From: an uncultured Enterobacterales bacterium
GTDB lineage: Bacteria > Myxococcota_A > UBA796 > CAJQPC01
DNA: 54,861 nucleotides
Reading direction: 5' to 3'
Assembly (NCBI GenBank): GCA_964344945.1
Contig: CAYFPX010000004.1
Location: 1-54,861, forward strand
Below are positions 1 through 8,212 of the stretch, piece after piece. Numbering within the stretch: the stretch's first letter is position 1; every line of letters starts with the position of its first letter. The notes below the pieces were generated by a model. It had not been told where the DNA came from, made no database searches, and saw only the letters and a program-made list of their open reading frames with translations. The translations under genes were made by a program, and so were the position numbers.

Positions 1-309
1 CGCCGCCAGGTACTTGCCCAGCACGGCCTGGGCTTCGGTCACCGGCATGGTGAGCAGGAGCTCCAGGGACCCCGTGCGCTTCTCCTCGGCGAAGAGCCGC
101 ATGGTCACGGCGGGCACCAGCAGCGCCAGGAACATCGCCGTCCAGAAGAAGACGGTCCGCATGGTCGCCAGGCCCTGGTCGAAGATGTCGTTCAGGAACA
201 GGCAGAACACGCCCACCAGCGCCAGGAAGACCGGGATGACGATGGTGGCCAGCGGCGAGTTGAAGTAGCTGGCGAATTCTCGCCGGAAGATCGCGAGCAC
301 GACGCGCAT
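1..309 (-). CDS. ABC-2 type transporter permease, N-terminal part (gene runs off the left edge)
   Basis: Absent from the ORF track because it has no stop in-window. The reverse complement from ATG 309-307 reads MRVVLAIFRREFASYFNSPLATIVIPVFLALVGVFCLF...MRLFAEEKRTGSLELLLTMPVTEAQAVLGKYLAA. This is the typical N-terminus of GldF/NosY-like ABC-2 permeases. Confidence 0.65.
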   Translation of the reverse strand, partial: MRVVLAIFRREFASYFNSPLATIVIPVFLALVGVFCLFLNDIFDQGLATMRTVFFWTAMFLALLVPAVTMRLFAEEKRTGSLELLLTMPVTEAQAVLGKYLAA

Positions 310-400
310 CTGCGGCGGGTAGCCGGGGAAGGGGCGGGCGTCGAGGCCTGGGATCGGGACGGGGCTCGCTCTTGGTGAGCCGGTCGTGGTACGCCAGGGC

Positions 401-1297
401 ATGGCGACGCTCCTGGTCCTGTCCCTGCTCGGCTGCGGTGGAGGCTCCGACTCCTCCAGCTGCAACGCGTCCTTCGACCTCATCTTCCCGGACGGCTCCC
501 AGGCCGCGATGGACGTCTGCGAGCAGATCGAAGCCGTCGGTGCCTTCGAGTTCGATCCCGACGACCCGCCGGAGTTCCGCTCGACCACCCTCAAGCTCTC
601 GTCGTCGGCCGAGGTCGACAACGACTGCTGGTTCCAGATCTCCCTGAACGGCATCTGCGACGTCGGCCGCTACGAGATCGGAACCGGCTCCGAGATGTCC
701 TGGGCGACCAACGACTGCTCGGGCATCCCCGACGAGTACGAGGCCCAGTACGTGGCTTCCACCGGTGCCATCGACCTGACCCTGGCCAGCGCAGGCGACG
801 AGCTGGGCACGCCGGAAGAGACCACCGTGACCGCCTTCCTGGCGGGCAACGTCGACGTGGTCGCCGACGACGGCACAGGGCTGTCCGGGAGCTTCGACCT
901 GGTCCAGGACTTCACCTGGACCGACACCGAGGATCGGCTCTGCACGGAGCAGACCCTGCCCACGGACACCGGGCCGGTCGGTCCGGGGATCCTGAGCGTG
1001 AGCGTCTCCGCCCTGCGCTTCGGCAGCGTGTCGGTGGACACGGTGGCTGTGGAGAGCCTGCTGCTGGCGAACGTGGGCGAAGGGGACCTGTTCATCGAGG
1101 CCATCGACATCGACGAGCCGGCGTGGAGCTGGCGGGGCAACTCGGTGCCGCGGGTGATCAACCCGGGGCAGTCGAGCACGGTCTACGTGGACTTCTCGCC
1201 GACGGAGGCGGTGGAGTACGCGGGGTCGCTGGTGATCACGAGTGATGACGTGGAGACGCCGGAGTTTGTGGTGGAGCTGACGGGGACGGGCCTCTGA
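401..1297 (+). CDS. Lipoprotein with C-terminal Ig-like (ASH / choice-of-anchor-D-like) beta-sandwich
   Basis: ATG 401 gives MATLLVLSLLGC-GGGS, a signal peptide plus lipobox; the track ORF starts at an upstream GTG 386. The C-terminal ~100 aa (LSVSVSALRFGSVSVDTVAVESLLLANVGEGDLFI...VYVDFSPTEAVEYAGSLVITSDD) matches that Ig-like pattern. Confidence 0.6.
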   Translation: MATLLVLSLLGCGGGSDSSSCNASFDLIFPDGSQAAMDVCEQIEAVGAFEFDPDDPPEFRSTTLKLSSSAEVDNDCWFQISLNGICDVGRYEIGTGSEMSWATNDCSGIPDEYEAQYVASTGAIDLTLASAGDELGTPEETTVTAFLAGNVDVVADDGTGLSGSFDLVQDFTWTDTEDRLCTEQTLPTDTGPVGPGILSVSVSALRFGSVSVDTVAVESLLLANVGEGDLFIEAIDIDEPAWSWRGNSVPRVINPGQSSTVYVDFSPTEAVEYAGSLVITSDDVETPEFVVELTGTGL

Positions 1298-1479
1298 TCG
1301 AGGTCAGACAGGGAAAGCCTCACATTCCGACCGCTTGAGGCCCGGTGCGCCGTGATGATCCCCGTGACCATGGGGGTGTCATCGCCCTGACATCGGGGCC
1401 GCAGATGGGGGCCTGATGGGGGCCGAGCGGTGGTTCGGCTACATGGGGGCCAGGTGAGCCGTTCGCAGCTCGTGGTGCA

Positions 1480-3258
1480 ATGCGCCCGATGGCAGATCCC
1501 GTGACCCAAACCACCGCCTGCGAGGCAGGCGTCTTGGCTGTCGTGGACCAGCACGAGCTGGAACGACGAGTCCAGCAGCTCCTGCACTCGGCGGCGCCGC
1601 CGGAGGGTCGGAAGAGCCCCATCCGCACCAAGCTCGAGGCCAGGAAGTACCTGCTCAAGCTCTGGTTGGGGCGCCCGGGCAGCACCGCCGAAGCCGGCGA
1701 GCCCGACGACAACGGCGTGATCATCTACCCGGCCATCGGTGCCGTGGTCCTGCCGAACGACGAGGCTCGTCGGGTGTTCGGCCGCAACGCCCCTCGTCAC
1801 ACCTTCGCCCGGCCGCGCCGCTTCAGCCGACTGGCCATGCCCGCTGTGGGCTCGCCGACCTACCCCTGGCACCTGGACAAGCTCACGCTGCCGGGGTCTG
1901 GGGCAGGACTGCGCATCGGCATCGCGGACTCGGGCTTCGCCCCGGGCAAGTCCGGTGTGAAGCTGGCCGCCTTCGAGGCCTTCGATCCGGTGACCGGCGC
2001 GAAGCAGGGCATTGCGGCCAAGGACTTCGACACCAGCCTGCACGGCACCCAGGTCGCCAGCTTCGCCTGCAGCGAGAACGAGGGGGTCGCCCCCAAGGCC
2101 GAGGCGGTGGTGGCCGCGGTGCTGACCGAGAGCGGCGGCACCGAGGGCACGGAGATCCAGATCGCCGCGGGCCTGGACTGGTTGGCCCAGCAGGACCTGG
2201 ACGTCGTCAACTGCAGCTTCGGTGCGCCGGGCGCGGAGCCGACCTGGTACACCGCCATCCAGAACTTGCGGCTCATGGACGTGGTGGTCGTTGCGGCGAT
2301 CGGTAACAGACGGAATGACCCTCGCTTCCCGGCCCTGTTCCACAACGTTGTGGCGGTGGGCGCCTCTGACATCAACGACAACGAAGGGTTCTTCAGCGCC
2401 CAGGGCACGGCCTCCGACAGCGCCGGGAATCCCGTGGTCGGGCACAAGCCCGACGTGTTGCGACCGGGCGTCAACCTGTGGTGCAGCGTTCAAGGGGTCA
2501 CCACCAGCGGCACGAGCTTCGCCTCTCCGATGGCAGCAGCCCAGGTCGCCGTGAAGTTCGCCGGCCAGAAGAACCTCCCCGAGGATGCGTCGCTCATCGC
2601 GGCGCAGCTCAACAACCCCTCTGCCGGCCAGGCGGTCGGCCCCTCCACCGGTCAGTCAGGAGCAGACATGCCGAACACCGCATCCAGCCTTCAGGTAGAC
2701 GGCACCCTCGCCGGCTTCCGCATCGAGGACCACCTGGGCAACGTCCTGGGGACGCACTCGGGTGGTGGCGCGATCCACACCTTCGCGATGAACAACCACG
2801 GGCAGGCCGGGTTCGACGTCTGGCCCGGCTCGCCGGGTGGGCAGGCCGACCTCACCATGCACCCCGTGCCCATGGGGCAGGGGTTGGGGTGGACACCCCA
2901 GCACGCGGGCGTCCAGAACGCGCTGGGATCCCATTTCGAGAACTCGGCGACACAACAAGGCGTGCCCGACATCGGCGACGCCGCCGTGGGCGGTCCGTCC
3001 GTGGCCGGTGGCTCCGACCGCCGGTACCTCGTCAAGGCGCTCGGGGGGCAGCTCGTCGTGGCCATCCTGTACTGCCGGGCCGATGGTCAGGGGCGCATCT
3101 ACGAGTTCGGTCACCCTTCGGCGCTGGCAGACAATCGCCTCCCGCTGATTGGCGTCGGGCGCTACTACCCGTCCAACGACATCCTGTCCTTGCACTGCAT
3201 CAAGAACGACAACACCAAGACGCCGCAGTGGGGCAGCTACCTCAAGGTCGTCCCATAG
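1480..3258 (+). CDS. S8 (subtilisin-like) serine peptidase, no signal peptide, with unassigned ~190-aa C-terminal domain
   Basis: Asp/His/Ser triad motifs occur in order: RIGIADSGF, SLHGTQVASF, TTSGTSFASPMAAA. ATG at 1480 (alternative 1489). The 3' end overlaps the convergent kinase gene by 17 nt. Confidence 0.85.
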   Translation: MRPMADPVTQTTACEAGVLAVVDQHELERRVQQLLHSAAPPEGRKSPIRTKLEARKYLLKLWLGRPGSTAEAGEPDDNGVIIYPAIGAVVLPNDEARRVFGRNAPRHTFARPRRFSRLAMPAVGSPTYPWHLDKLTLPGSGAGLRIGIADSGFAPGKSGVKLAAFEAFDPVTGAKQGIAAKDFDTSLHGTQVASFACSENEGVAPKAEAVVAAVLTESGGTEGTEIQIAAGLDWLAQQDLDVVNCSFGAPGAEPTWYTAIQNLRLMDVVVVAAIGNRRNDPRFPALFHNVVAVGASDINDNEGFFSAQGTASDSAGNPVVGHKPDVLRPGVNLWCSVQGVTTSGTSFASPMAAAQVAVKFAGQKNLPEDASLIAAQLNNPSAGQAVGPSTGQSGADMPNTASSLQVDGTLAGFRIEDHLGNVLGTHSGGGAIHTFAMNNHGQAGFDVWPGSPGGQADLTMHPVPMGQGLGWTPQHAGVQNALGSHFENSATQQGVPDIGDAAVGGPSVAGGSDRRYLVKALGGQLVVAILYCRADGQGRIYEFGHPSALADNRLPLIGVGRYYPSNDILSLHCIKNDNTKTPQWGSYLKVVP

Positions 3259-5596
3259 AGCGGCCGGTCCGGAAGCCGATGACGAAGTAGCCGCGCTCCG
3301 GGCGGTTGGCGAAGCGGCTGGCACAGCGGCTGTGGCTCGTGTCTGGGGAGTGGAAGGAGCCCCCCCGAACGAAGACGTAGCGCTGGTCTTCGTCGTGGGC
3401 GGGTGTCTGACGGAAGTAGTCTGCGCACCAGCTGCGCCTGTTGCCGGCACAGTCGAGCAGGCCGTAGGGGCTGACGTCCTCGGGCAGGGACCCGGCGGCT
3501 GAGGGAGTCGGGTCCGGCTGGTGCCCGATCACGTTGGCGAACACCGGGTCGAAGGCGCTGCCCCAGGGGTACTGGCGCCCGTCTACGCCGCGGGCGGCCT
3601 TCTCCCACTCTTCGCTGGTCACGAGTCGCCGCGCGTTGAGGGCGGCGATCCGTGAGGCTTGCTCCCAGGTGGCGTAGGGCGCGACCTGGTCGCCGCTGTG
3701 GTCTGCGCCATGGAACGAACCCACTACCTCGGTCCGGTACGAGCCGTCCTGGCGAACGAAGAGAGGGGCCTGGGCATCTTCGCCGGGAGTCTGGACGAGG
3801 GGGACCAGGGACTCGGCCATCGCTGGTGGCTGCGCGTTGAGGGTTCGCAGGTACTGGCCGACGGTCATGTGCACCCGACTGACCGCGAAGCCATCGACCC
3901 AACTCCAGCGCCGAGGGGCCGGCTCCACAGCCCCCGAGTCCGGATCATCCCCCAACCAACACCACCCCGCCGGCACATAGCACTCGTCCTCCGCCAGCTC
4001 CCCCAGCCGCGGCAGGTACACCGGCTGGGTCTCGGTCTGCCCCGGCGGCACCGCATCCCAGTGCTCCAGTCGCCCCAGGTACACCGGGTAGCGCACCTCG
4101 TGGCAGCCCTCGGCCTCGATGAGGAACAGGTAGCTGCCTCGGTCCAGCTCGTGCTCCGCGAGCGGCGCCTGCAGGGTCTCCAACCTCACCGGCACCAGCC
4201 GGCGGCCCTGCTCCACGTACCGGTGGACGTGGATGGTGGCCCCCGGGGGATCGGTGCTCAGAGTCACCCGGCCCTTGCCGTCGAGCCACGCTACGTGGGC
4301 CCCCTGGTCGTGCAGGCGCACCAGCTCCTCGCACCGTTGGGCCTCGCCCCGGTCGTTCCGGGACTCGGCCCGCTCCAGCTGCCCCCGGTACCAGTCCGCC
4401 AGGTCCTGGTGGGCCCCCTCGAGCTCTGGATCCAGGTTGAGGGCCCGGCGGATCAGGCCCTCCCAGCGGCCCTCGAGCAGCGACGCCCGGCTCGCGAGGC
4501 CCTCGGCCTCCTCCTCCAGAGACCAGACCGGGAGCTTCTTGTCGATGGGGTCATAGGTCTCGATGCCCTCGGACAGGGCCTCGGCCTTGCGCCGCAGGGC
4601 CCGGGCCTCACTCCGCAGCTGCTGGGGCTCCAGCGCTGCCCGGCGGGCCAGGTCCAGGACCTCGATCGCCTCGGCCTTGCGCCGGGAGCCGTCGAGCCAG
4701 GCGTCGAGGGTGCGGGCGAAGATCGCCGCGCTGGGCCGGTCCTCGGGGGCCTGGGCCAGGGCGCGGTCCGAGAGCTGGATCAGCTCCCGAGGTGCTTCGG
4801 GGTTGCGGATGGGCAGGCCGCCGGGGGGCCGGCCCTCCAGCAGCTCGAACAGCACCGCGCCCAGGGCGTAGACGTCGCTCGCCGGGCTGTGGCGGGCGAC
4901 CTCGCCCCGGGCCTGCTCCGGCGCCATGTAGGCCGGAGTCCCGATGACCGTGCCGTCCATGGTGAAGGAGCCGCTGGGGTTCGAGGGCTCGGCATCGGCC
5001 TCGACCAGGTCCGAGGGCTCGCCCTGCAGCCGCGACACGCCCCAGTCCAGGACATAGACCTCGCCGAATTCCCCGACCATCAGGTTGTCGGGCTTCAGGT
5101 CCCGGTGGAGCACGCCCTGGCTGTGGGCGTAAGAGACGGCCCGGGCGACGGTGGCCATGGCCAGGATGAGCCGGTGCAGGGTCCAGCCGCTGACGGTCTG
5201 GCCCCAGGGCAGGCTGGTGGGCTCGAACAGCTCCTCGATCAGCTCGGAGAAGCGCTGGCCGCGCACGACCTGCATCGTGTACCAGATGCGCCCGTCGCTC
5301 AGCTGGCCCCAGTCGTAGAGCGGCACGATGTTCGGGTGCTGCAGGGCCGCCTGGGTCTTGGCTTCGAGCCGGAAGCGCTCCAGGGCCCGCGGGCTGACCC
5401 CGCGCACGATCTTCATCGCGACTTCGCGCCCCAGCTCCCGGTCCTCGACCAGCCGCACCTCGCCCATACCGCCCTCGCCGAGCAAGGGCCCCGGTCGGTA
5501 GCGGACTGGCAGCCCCAGCTCGCCCTCGACCGGGAGCTCCTCGGTCGGCTCCCCGTCGCGGGTCGCCTCGGTGATGAGGATGGTGTCCTGGGCCAC
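3242..5596 (-). CDS. Ser/Thr protein kinase fused to a C-terminal FGE-sulfatase (SUMF1-like) domain
   Basis: GTG 5596 lies 9 nt after the upstream gene's stop; the 1066-aa track ORF extends further only as antisense of the 5964 gene. Hanks motifs: GEGGMGEV, VAMK, HRDLKPDN, DWG, GTPAYMAPE. FGE-type motifs: RLVTSEEWEKAARGVDGRQYPWG ... RGGSF...RCASR. Confidence 0.85.
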   Translation of the reverse strand: MAQDTILITEATRDGEPTEELPVEGELGLPVRYRPGPLLGEGGMGEVRLVEDRELGREVAMKIVRGVSPRALERFRLEAKTQAALQHPNIVPLYDWGQLSDGRIWYTMQVVRGQRFSELIEELFEPTSLPWGQTVSGWTLHRLILAMATVARAVSYAHSQGVLHRDLKPDNLMVGEFGEVYVLDWGVSRLQGEPSDLVEADAEPSNPSGSFTMDGTVIGTPAYMAPEQARGEVARHSPASDVYALGAVLFELLEGRPPGGLPIRNPEAPRELIQLSDRALAQAPEDRPSAAIFARTLDAWLDGSRRKAEAIEVLDLARRAALEPQQLRSEARALRRKAEALSEGIETYDPIDKKLPVWSLEEEAEGLASRASLLEGRWEGLIRRALNLDPELEGAHQDLADWYRGQLERAESRNDRGEAQRCEELVRLHDQGAHVAWLDGKGRVTLSTDPPGATIHVHRYVEQGRRLVPVRLETLQAPLAEHELDRGSYLFLIEAEGCHEVRYPVYLGRLEHWDAVPPGQTETQPVYLPRLGELAEDECYVPAGWCWLGDDPDSGAVEPAPRRWSWVDGFAVSRVHMTVGQYLRTLNAQPPAMAESLVPLVQTPGEDAQAPLFVRQDGSYRTEVVGSFHGADHSGDQVAPYATWEQASRIAALNARRLVTSEEWEKAARGVDGRQYPWGSAFDPVFANVIGHQPDPTPSAAGSLPEDVSPYGLLDCAGNRRSWCADYFRQTPAHDEDQRYVFVRGGSFHSPDTSHSRCASRFANRPERGYFVIGFRTGRSMGRP

Positions 5597-5604
5597 GCCG
5601 CATC

Positions 5605-5916
5605 CTACGACGGCTGGTCGGCGGCCTCCTCGATGAGCGCCACGACCACGAACGGCTGCACGATCGCCGCCCGGAAGCGGCGCTTCGCCCACCGGGTCCA
5701 CTCCGGGCCCTCCACCCGCCGCAGGTGTCCGGAGCCCAGCCAGGCCTCGACGATGCGGGTCTGGTTCTCCGCGATCGCCAGGGCCGCATCGACCACCTGC
5801 AGGCCTTCGCACACCGCGAACAGCGCACCCCGGGCCTGGTGGGGCACCAGGACCTCCCAGGAGGTCTCCAGCAGCTCCGCGGTGATGCGCTCGCGCAGAG
5901 TGGGGTCGTCGGACAT
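5605..5916 (-). CDS. DUF2288-like small protein
   Basis: Clean 103-aa ATG ORF directly upstream of the kinase. Coding-like composition. The pattern ...ALFAVCEGLQVVDAALAIAENQTRIVEAWL...VVVALIEE resembles DUF2288; the family is recalled from memory. Confidence 0.55.
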   Translation of the reverse strand: MSDDPTLRERITAELLETSWEVLVPHQARGALFAVCEGLQVVDAALAIAENQTRIVEAWLGSGHLRRVEGPEWTRWAKRRFRAAIVQPFVVVALIEEAADQPS

Positions 5917-5963
5917 GGGCCGCAGCTAACAGGCCCTCACGAGCCCGCGGTAGGCTCGTGCCC

Positions 5964-7307
5964 ATGCTGTGGCTCGCCTGGCTGTTGGCCTGCGAGGGAG
6001 ACCCGCCGCCCACGCGGCCGGCCCCGGCGAAGCCCTTCACGGCCCCTGCACCGCAGCGCCTCGACCGGGACCCTGGGCCGCCCGAGGGCCTGGCGCCCGA
6101 CCCGCGCACGCTGCTGCTGTTCCTGGCCGACACCGTGCGGCAGGACCGGCTCTCGGTCTGCGGCCACGCTCGCCCGACCACCCCCACCCTGGAGGCCCTG
6201 CGCGACGGCGGTGCCCAGGTTCGGTGCGACGGGGTCTCCACCAGCTCCTGGACGGTGCCGGCGGTCGCCAGCATGCTGACCGGCCTGAGCCCTTGGGAGC
6301 ACGGGGTCCACCGGCACACCCGTGCGCTCGGCGACTGCGGGTACGAGCTCGAAGGGGCCCTGATCCCCGAGCTCAAGGCCCGGACCTGGCTGGAGGAGCT
6401 GCGGGACCAGGGCTGGCGCACGGTGTGCGTGGTCGAGAACAAGCTGATCAGCGCGGACTTCGGCCTGACGCGAGGCTGTCAGACCTGGATCCAGGTGCAC
6501 AAGTGGGCGGACCTGACCCCGGGGTCCGAGGACCTGCTGGACTTCGTCACCGAGGCGGTCTCCAAGGCCGACCCACGACCCCTGGCGCTGCTCGTCGACG
6601 CGATGGACGCGCACCGCCGGCTGCCGGACATCCCCGAGGGCCACCCCTTCCTGGCGGCCCAGGTCGGGCCCGGTCACGGAGAGACCTGGGACGAGCTGCG
6701 GGTCGACCCCGAGGGTCCCCTGCGCCAGCGCTACGACGACCACTACGACATGGGTGTCTGGCGCATGGACCGCAAGCTGGGGCAGGTCCTCGCGGCGGTG
6801 GCCGAGCACCGGCCGGGGCCCCGCACCCTGCTGTTCGCCTCGGACCACGGGGAGATGCTCGGGGAGTCGGGCTTCGTGAGCCACGGCAACGGGATCTGGG
6901 ACCCGCTGGTCCGGGTCCCGGTGGTGGTGGACGGCTCGCCCCATGCCTTGCCGGAGGGGCCTTTCTCCACGGCTGTGCTGCACGACCTGGCCCTGGACCG
7001 GCCGCCGACGGCGCGGGCTCCGAGGGCTCTGACCACCGGCAGCCTGTTCTGGCACGACCGCTTCTACCCGCCCCACTCACGGCACGTGGAGGTCGTGGAG
7101 TACACACCGACCGCCCGCCTCGCCTGCCGCGAGGCCGGCTGTACCCAGGAGGTCTGGCCCGGGCCGCCGCTGCAGGACGGGGCCGCGGTCGAGGCGCTGG
7201 AGCTGGCGAGGCTGCGGTCCGAGCTGCCGCGGGCGCTGGACTGCGACGTGATCGGCGACGCCGCCCGCAAGGGGCAGCTGCTGCAGGAGGTCGGCGCCGG
7301 GGAGTGA
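5964..7307 (+). CDS. Sulfatase-like hydrolase/transferase (alkaline phosphatase superfamily) lipoprotein, Thr-type nucleophile position
   Basis: ATG 5964 gives MLWLAWLLAC (lipobox). LLLFLADTVRQD ... TSSWTVPAVASMLTGL occupies the place of the sulfatase C/S-x-P-x-R signature but has no Cys. DHGEMLGE motif lies downstream. Confidence 0.7.
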   Translation: MLWLAWLLACEGDPPPTRPAPAKPFTAPAPQRLDRDPGPPEGLAPDPRTLLLFLADTVRQDRLSVCGHARPTTPTLEALRDGGAQVRCDGVSTSSWTVPAVASMLTGLSPWEHGVHRHTRALGDCGYELEGALIPELKARTWLEELRDQGWRTVCVVENKLISADFGLTRGCQTWIQVHKWADLTPGSEDLLDFVTEAVSKADPRPLALLVDAMDAHRRLPDIPEGHPFLAAQVGPGHGETWDELRVDPEGPLRQRYDDHYDMGVWRMDRKLGQVLAAVAEHRPGPRTLLFASDHGEMLGESGFVSHGNGIWDPLVRVPVVVDGSPHALPEGPFSTAVLHDLALDRPPTARAPRALTTGSLFWHDRFYPPHSRHVEVVEYTPTARLACREAGCTQEVWPGPPLQDGAAVEALELARLRSELPRALDCDVIGDAARKGQLLQEVGAGE

Positions 7308-7311
7308 CCCG

Positions 7312-7701
7312 CTACTCCGGGTGGGTCTCTCCGGTGTACTCCCCGAAGGTCGCGCGGAGCCAGGCCAGCAGGTCGGCGCTCTGCTGGGGGCTGGTGTCCT
7401 GAGCGGGCATCTCTCCCTGACCGTTGATCACCACGCTCAGCACCTCGAGATCCGTGTGGTAGGGCACGTGTCCACTCAGATCTGCGCCCAGGTCGGTCCC
7501 CGAGCCGTCGTCGCCGTGGCAGCCGGCGCAGGCGGTGGCGAACACCTCGCCACCGCACCAGGCCGAGCCGTCGAGCACGAAGGGCGACTCGCCTTCGTCG
7601 GAGCCGTCGTAGACGCAGTCTGGGGCGGTGTCGCCCGGCGCTGCGGTGTCCGCTGTGGTGCCCTCGGCGCCGCAGGCCAGGAGGACCAGGAACCAGCTCA
7701 T
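7312..7701 (-). CDS. c-type cytochrome lipoprotein
   Basis: MSWFLVLLAC leader; single haem-binding CAGCH motif; distal ...GQGEMPAQ (Met ligand region). Confidence 0.75.
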   Translation of the reverse strand: MSWFLVLLACGAEGTTADTAAPGDTAPDCVYDGSDEGESPFVLDGSAWCGGEVFATACAGCHGDDGSGTDLGADLSGHVPYHTDLEVLSVVINGQGEMPAQDTSPQQSADLLAWLRATFGEYTGETHPE

Positions 7702-8192
7702 GTCAGCTCCTCGATGGTTCGCCGCGTGAACGCCGTGCTCTTCGCCTGGTTGTCCCGGGTCATCGCCTCCATCGCCTTGGCCACGCGGCCGCCGATGCCC
7801 GGGAGGCGCACGCGCACGTCGACGTCGCAGGAGCGGGTGACGCCCTGATCGGAGGGCGCCACCCAGAGCTCGCCGTGGACCTGGATCCGGTCGCCCACCT
7901 TGGCCGGCTGCACGAGGAAGGTCCAGCGGCGGCGCACCGGGTCGTAGCGGCCGGTCTCGGTGTAGCCCACGCCGCCCAGGACCTTCTGCAGCACACCGGG
8001 CAGGTTGCCCGGATCGACCTGGATGACCCGCTCGATCGCGCCGTCCGGCCCGGTCTCCTGTCGCACCAGCCGGTAGCTGCGGAAGCCCATGCCCTCGGTG
8101 TGGTTCCGCCGCTGGTAGTCCTCGACCAGAAACACCCGGTCCCAGAAGGTGTCGACGTCGACGGCGAAGGTGTCGCGGATCTGGAGGGGCAT
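7698..8192 (-). CDS. SRPBCC-fold (DUF2505-like) protein
   Basis: 164-aa ORF whose stop overlaps the cytochrome c start by 4 nt. Sequence pattern is compatible with START/polyketide-cyclase-like DUF2505; weak by-eye assignment. Confidence 0.5.
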   Translation of the reverse strand: MPLQIRDTFAVDVDTFWDRVFLVEDYQRRNHTEGMGFRSYRLVRQETGPDGAIERVIQVDPGNLPGVLQKVLGGVGYTETGRYDPVRRRWTFLVQPAKVGDRIQVHGELWVAPSDQGVTRSCDVDVRVRLPGIGGRVAKAMEAMTRDNQAKSTAFTRRTIEELT

Positions 8193-8212
8193 CGGGCCCG
8201 GCTAACGCGCGC

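Noticed and set aside
3659-5929. 756-aa plus-strand ORF antisense to the kinase-FGE gene
   Set aside because: Arg/Gly/Pro/Ala/Leu-dominated and without motifs. It fully overlaps a gene with clear Hanks and FGE motifs. This is the typical long shadow ORF of very GC-rich DNA.
5597-6442. N-terminal extension of the 1066-aa ORF 3242..6442
   Set aside because: The extension is Ser/Arg/Gly/Pro-rich. It overlaps the well-formed DUF2288 ORF and the antisense of the 5964 sulfatase-like gene. The kinase domain begins right after GTG 5596.
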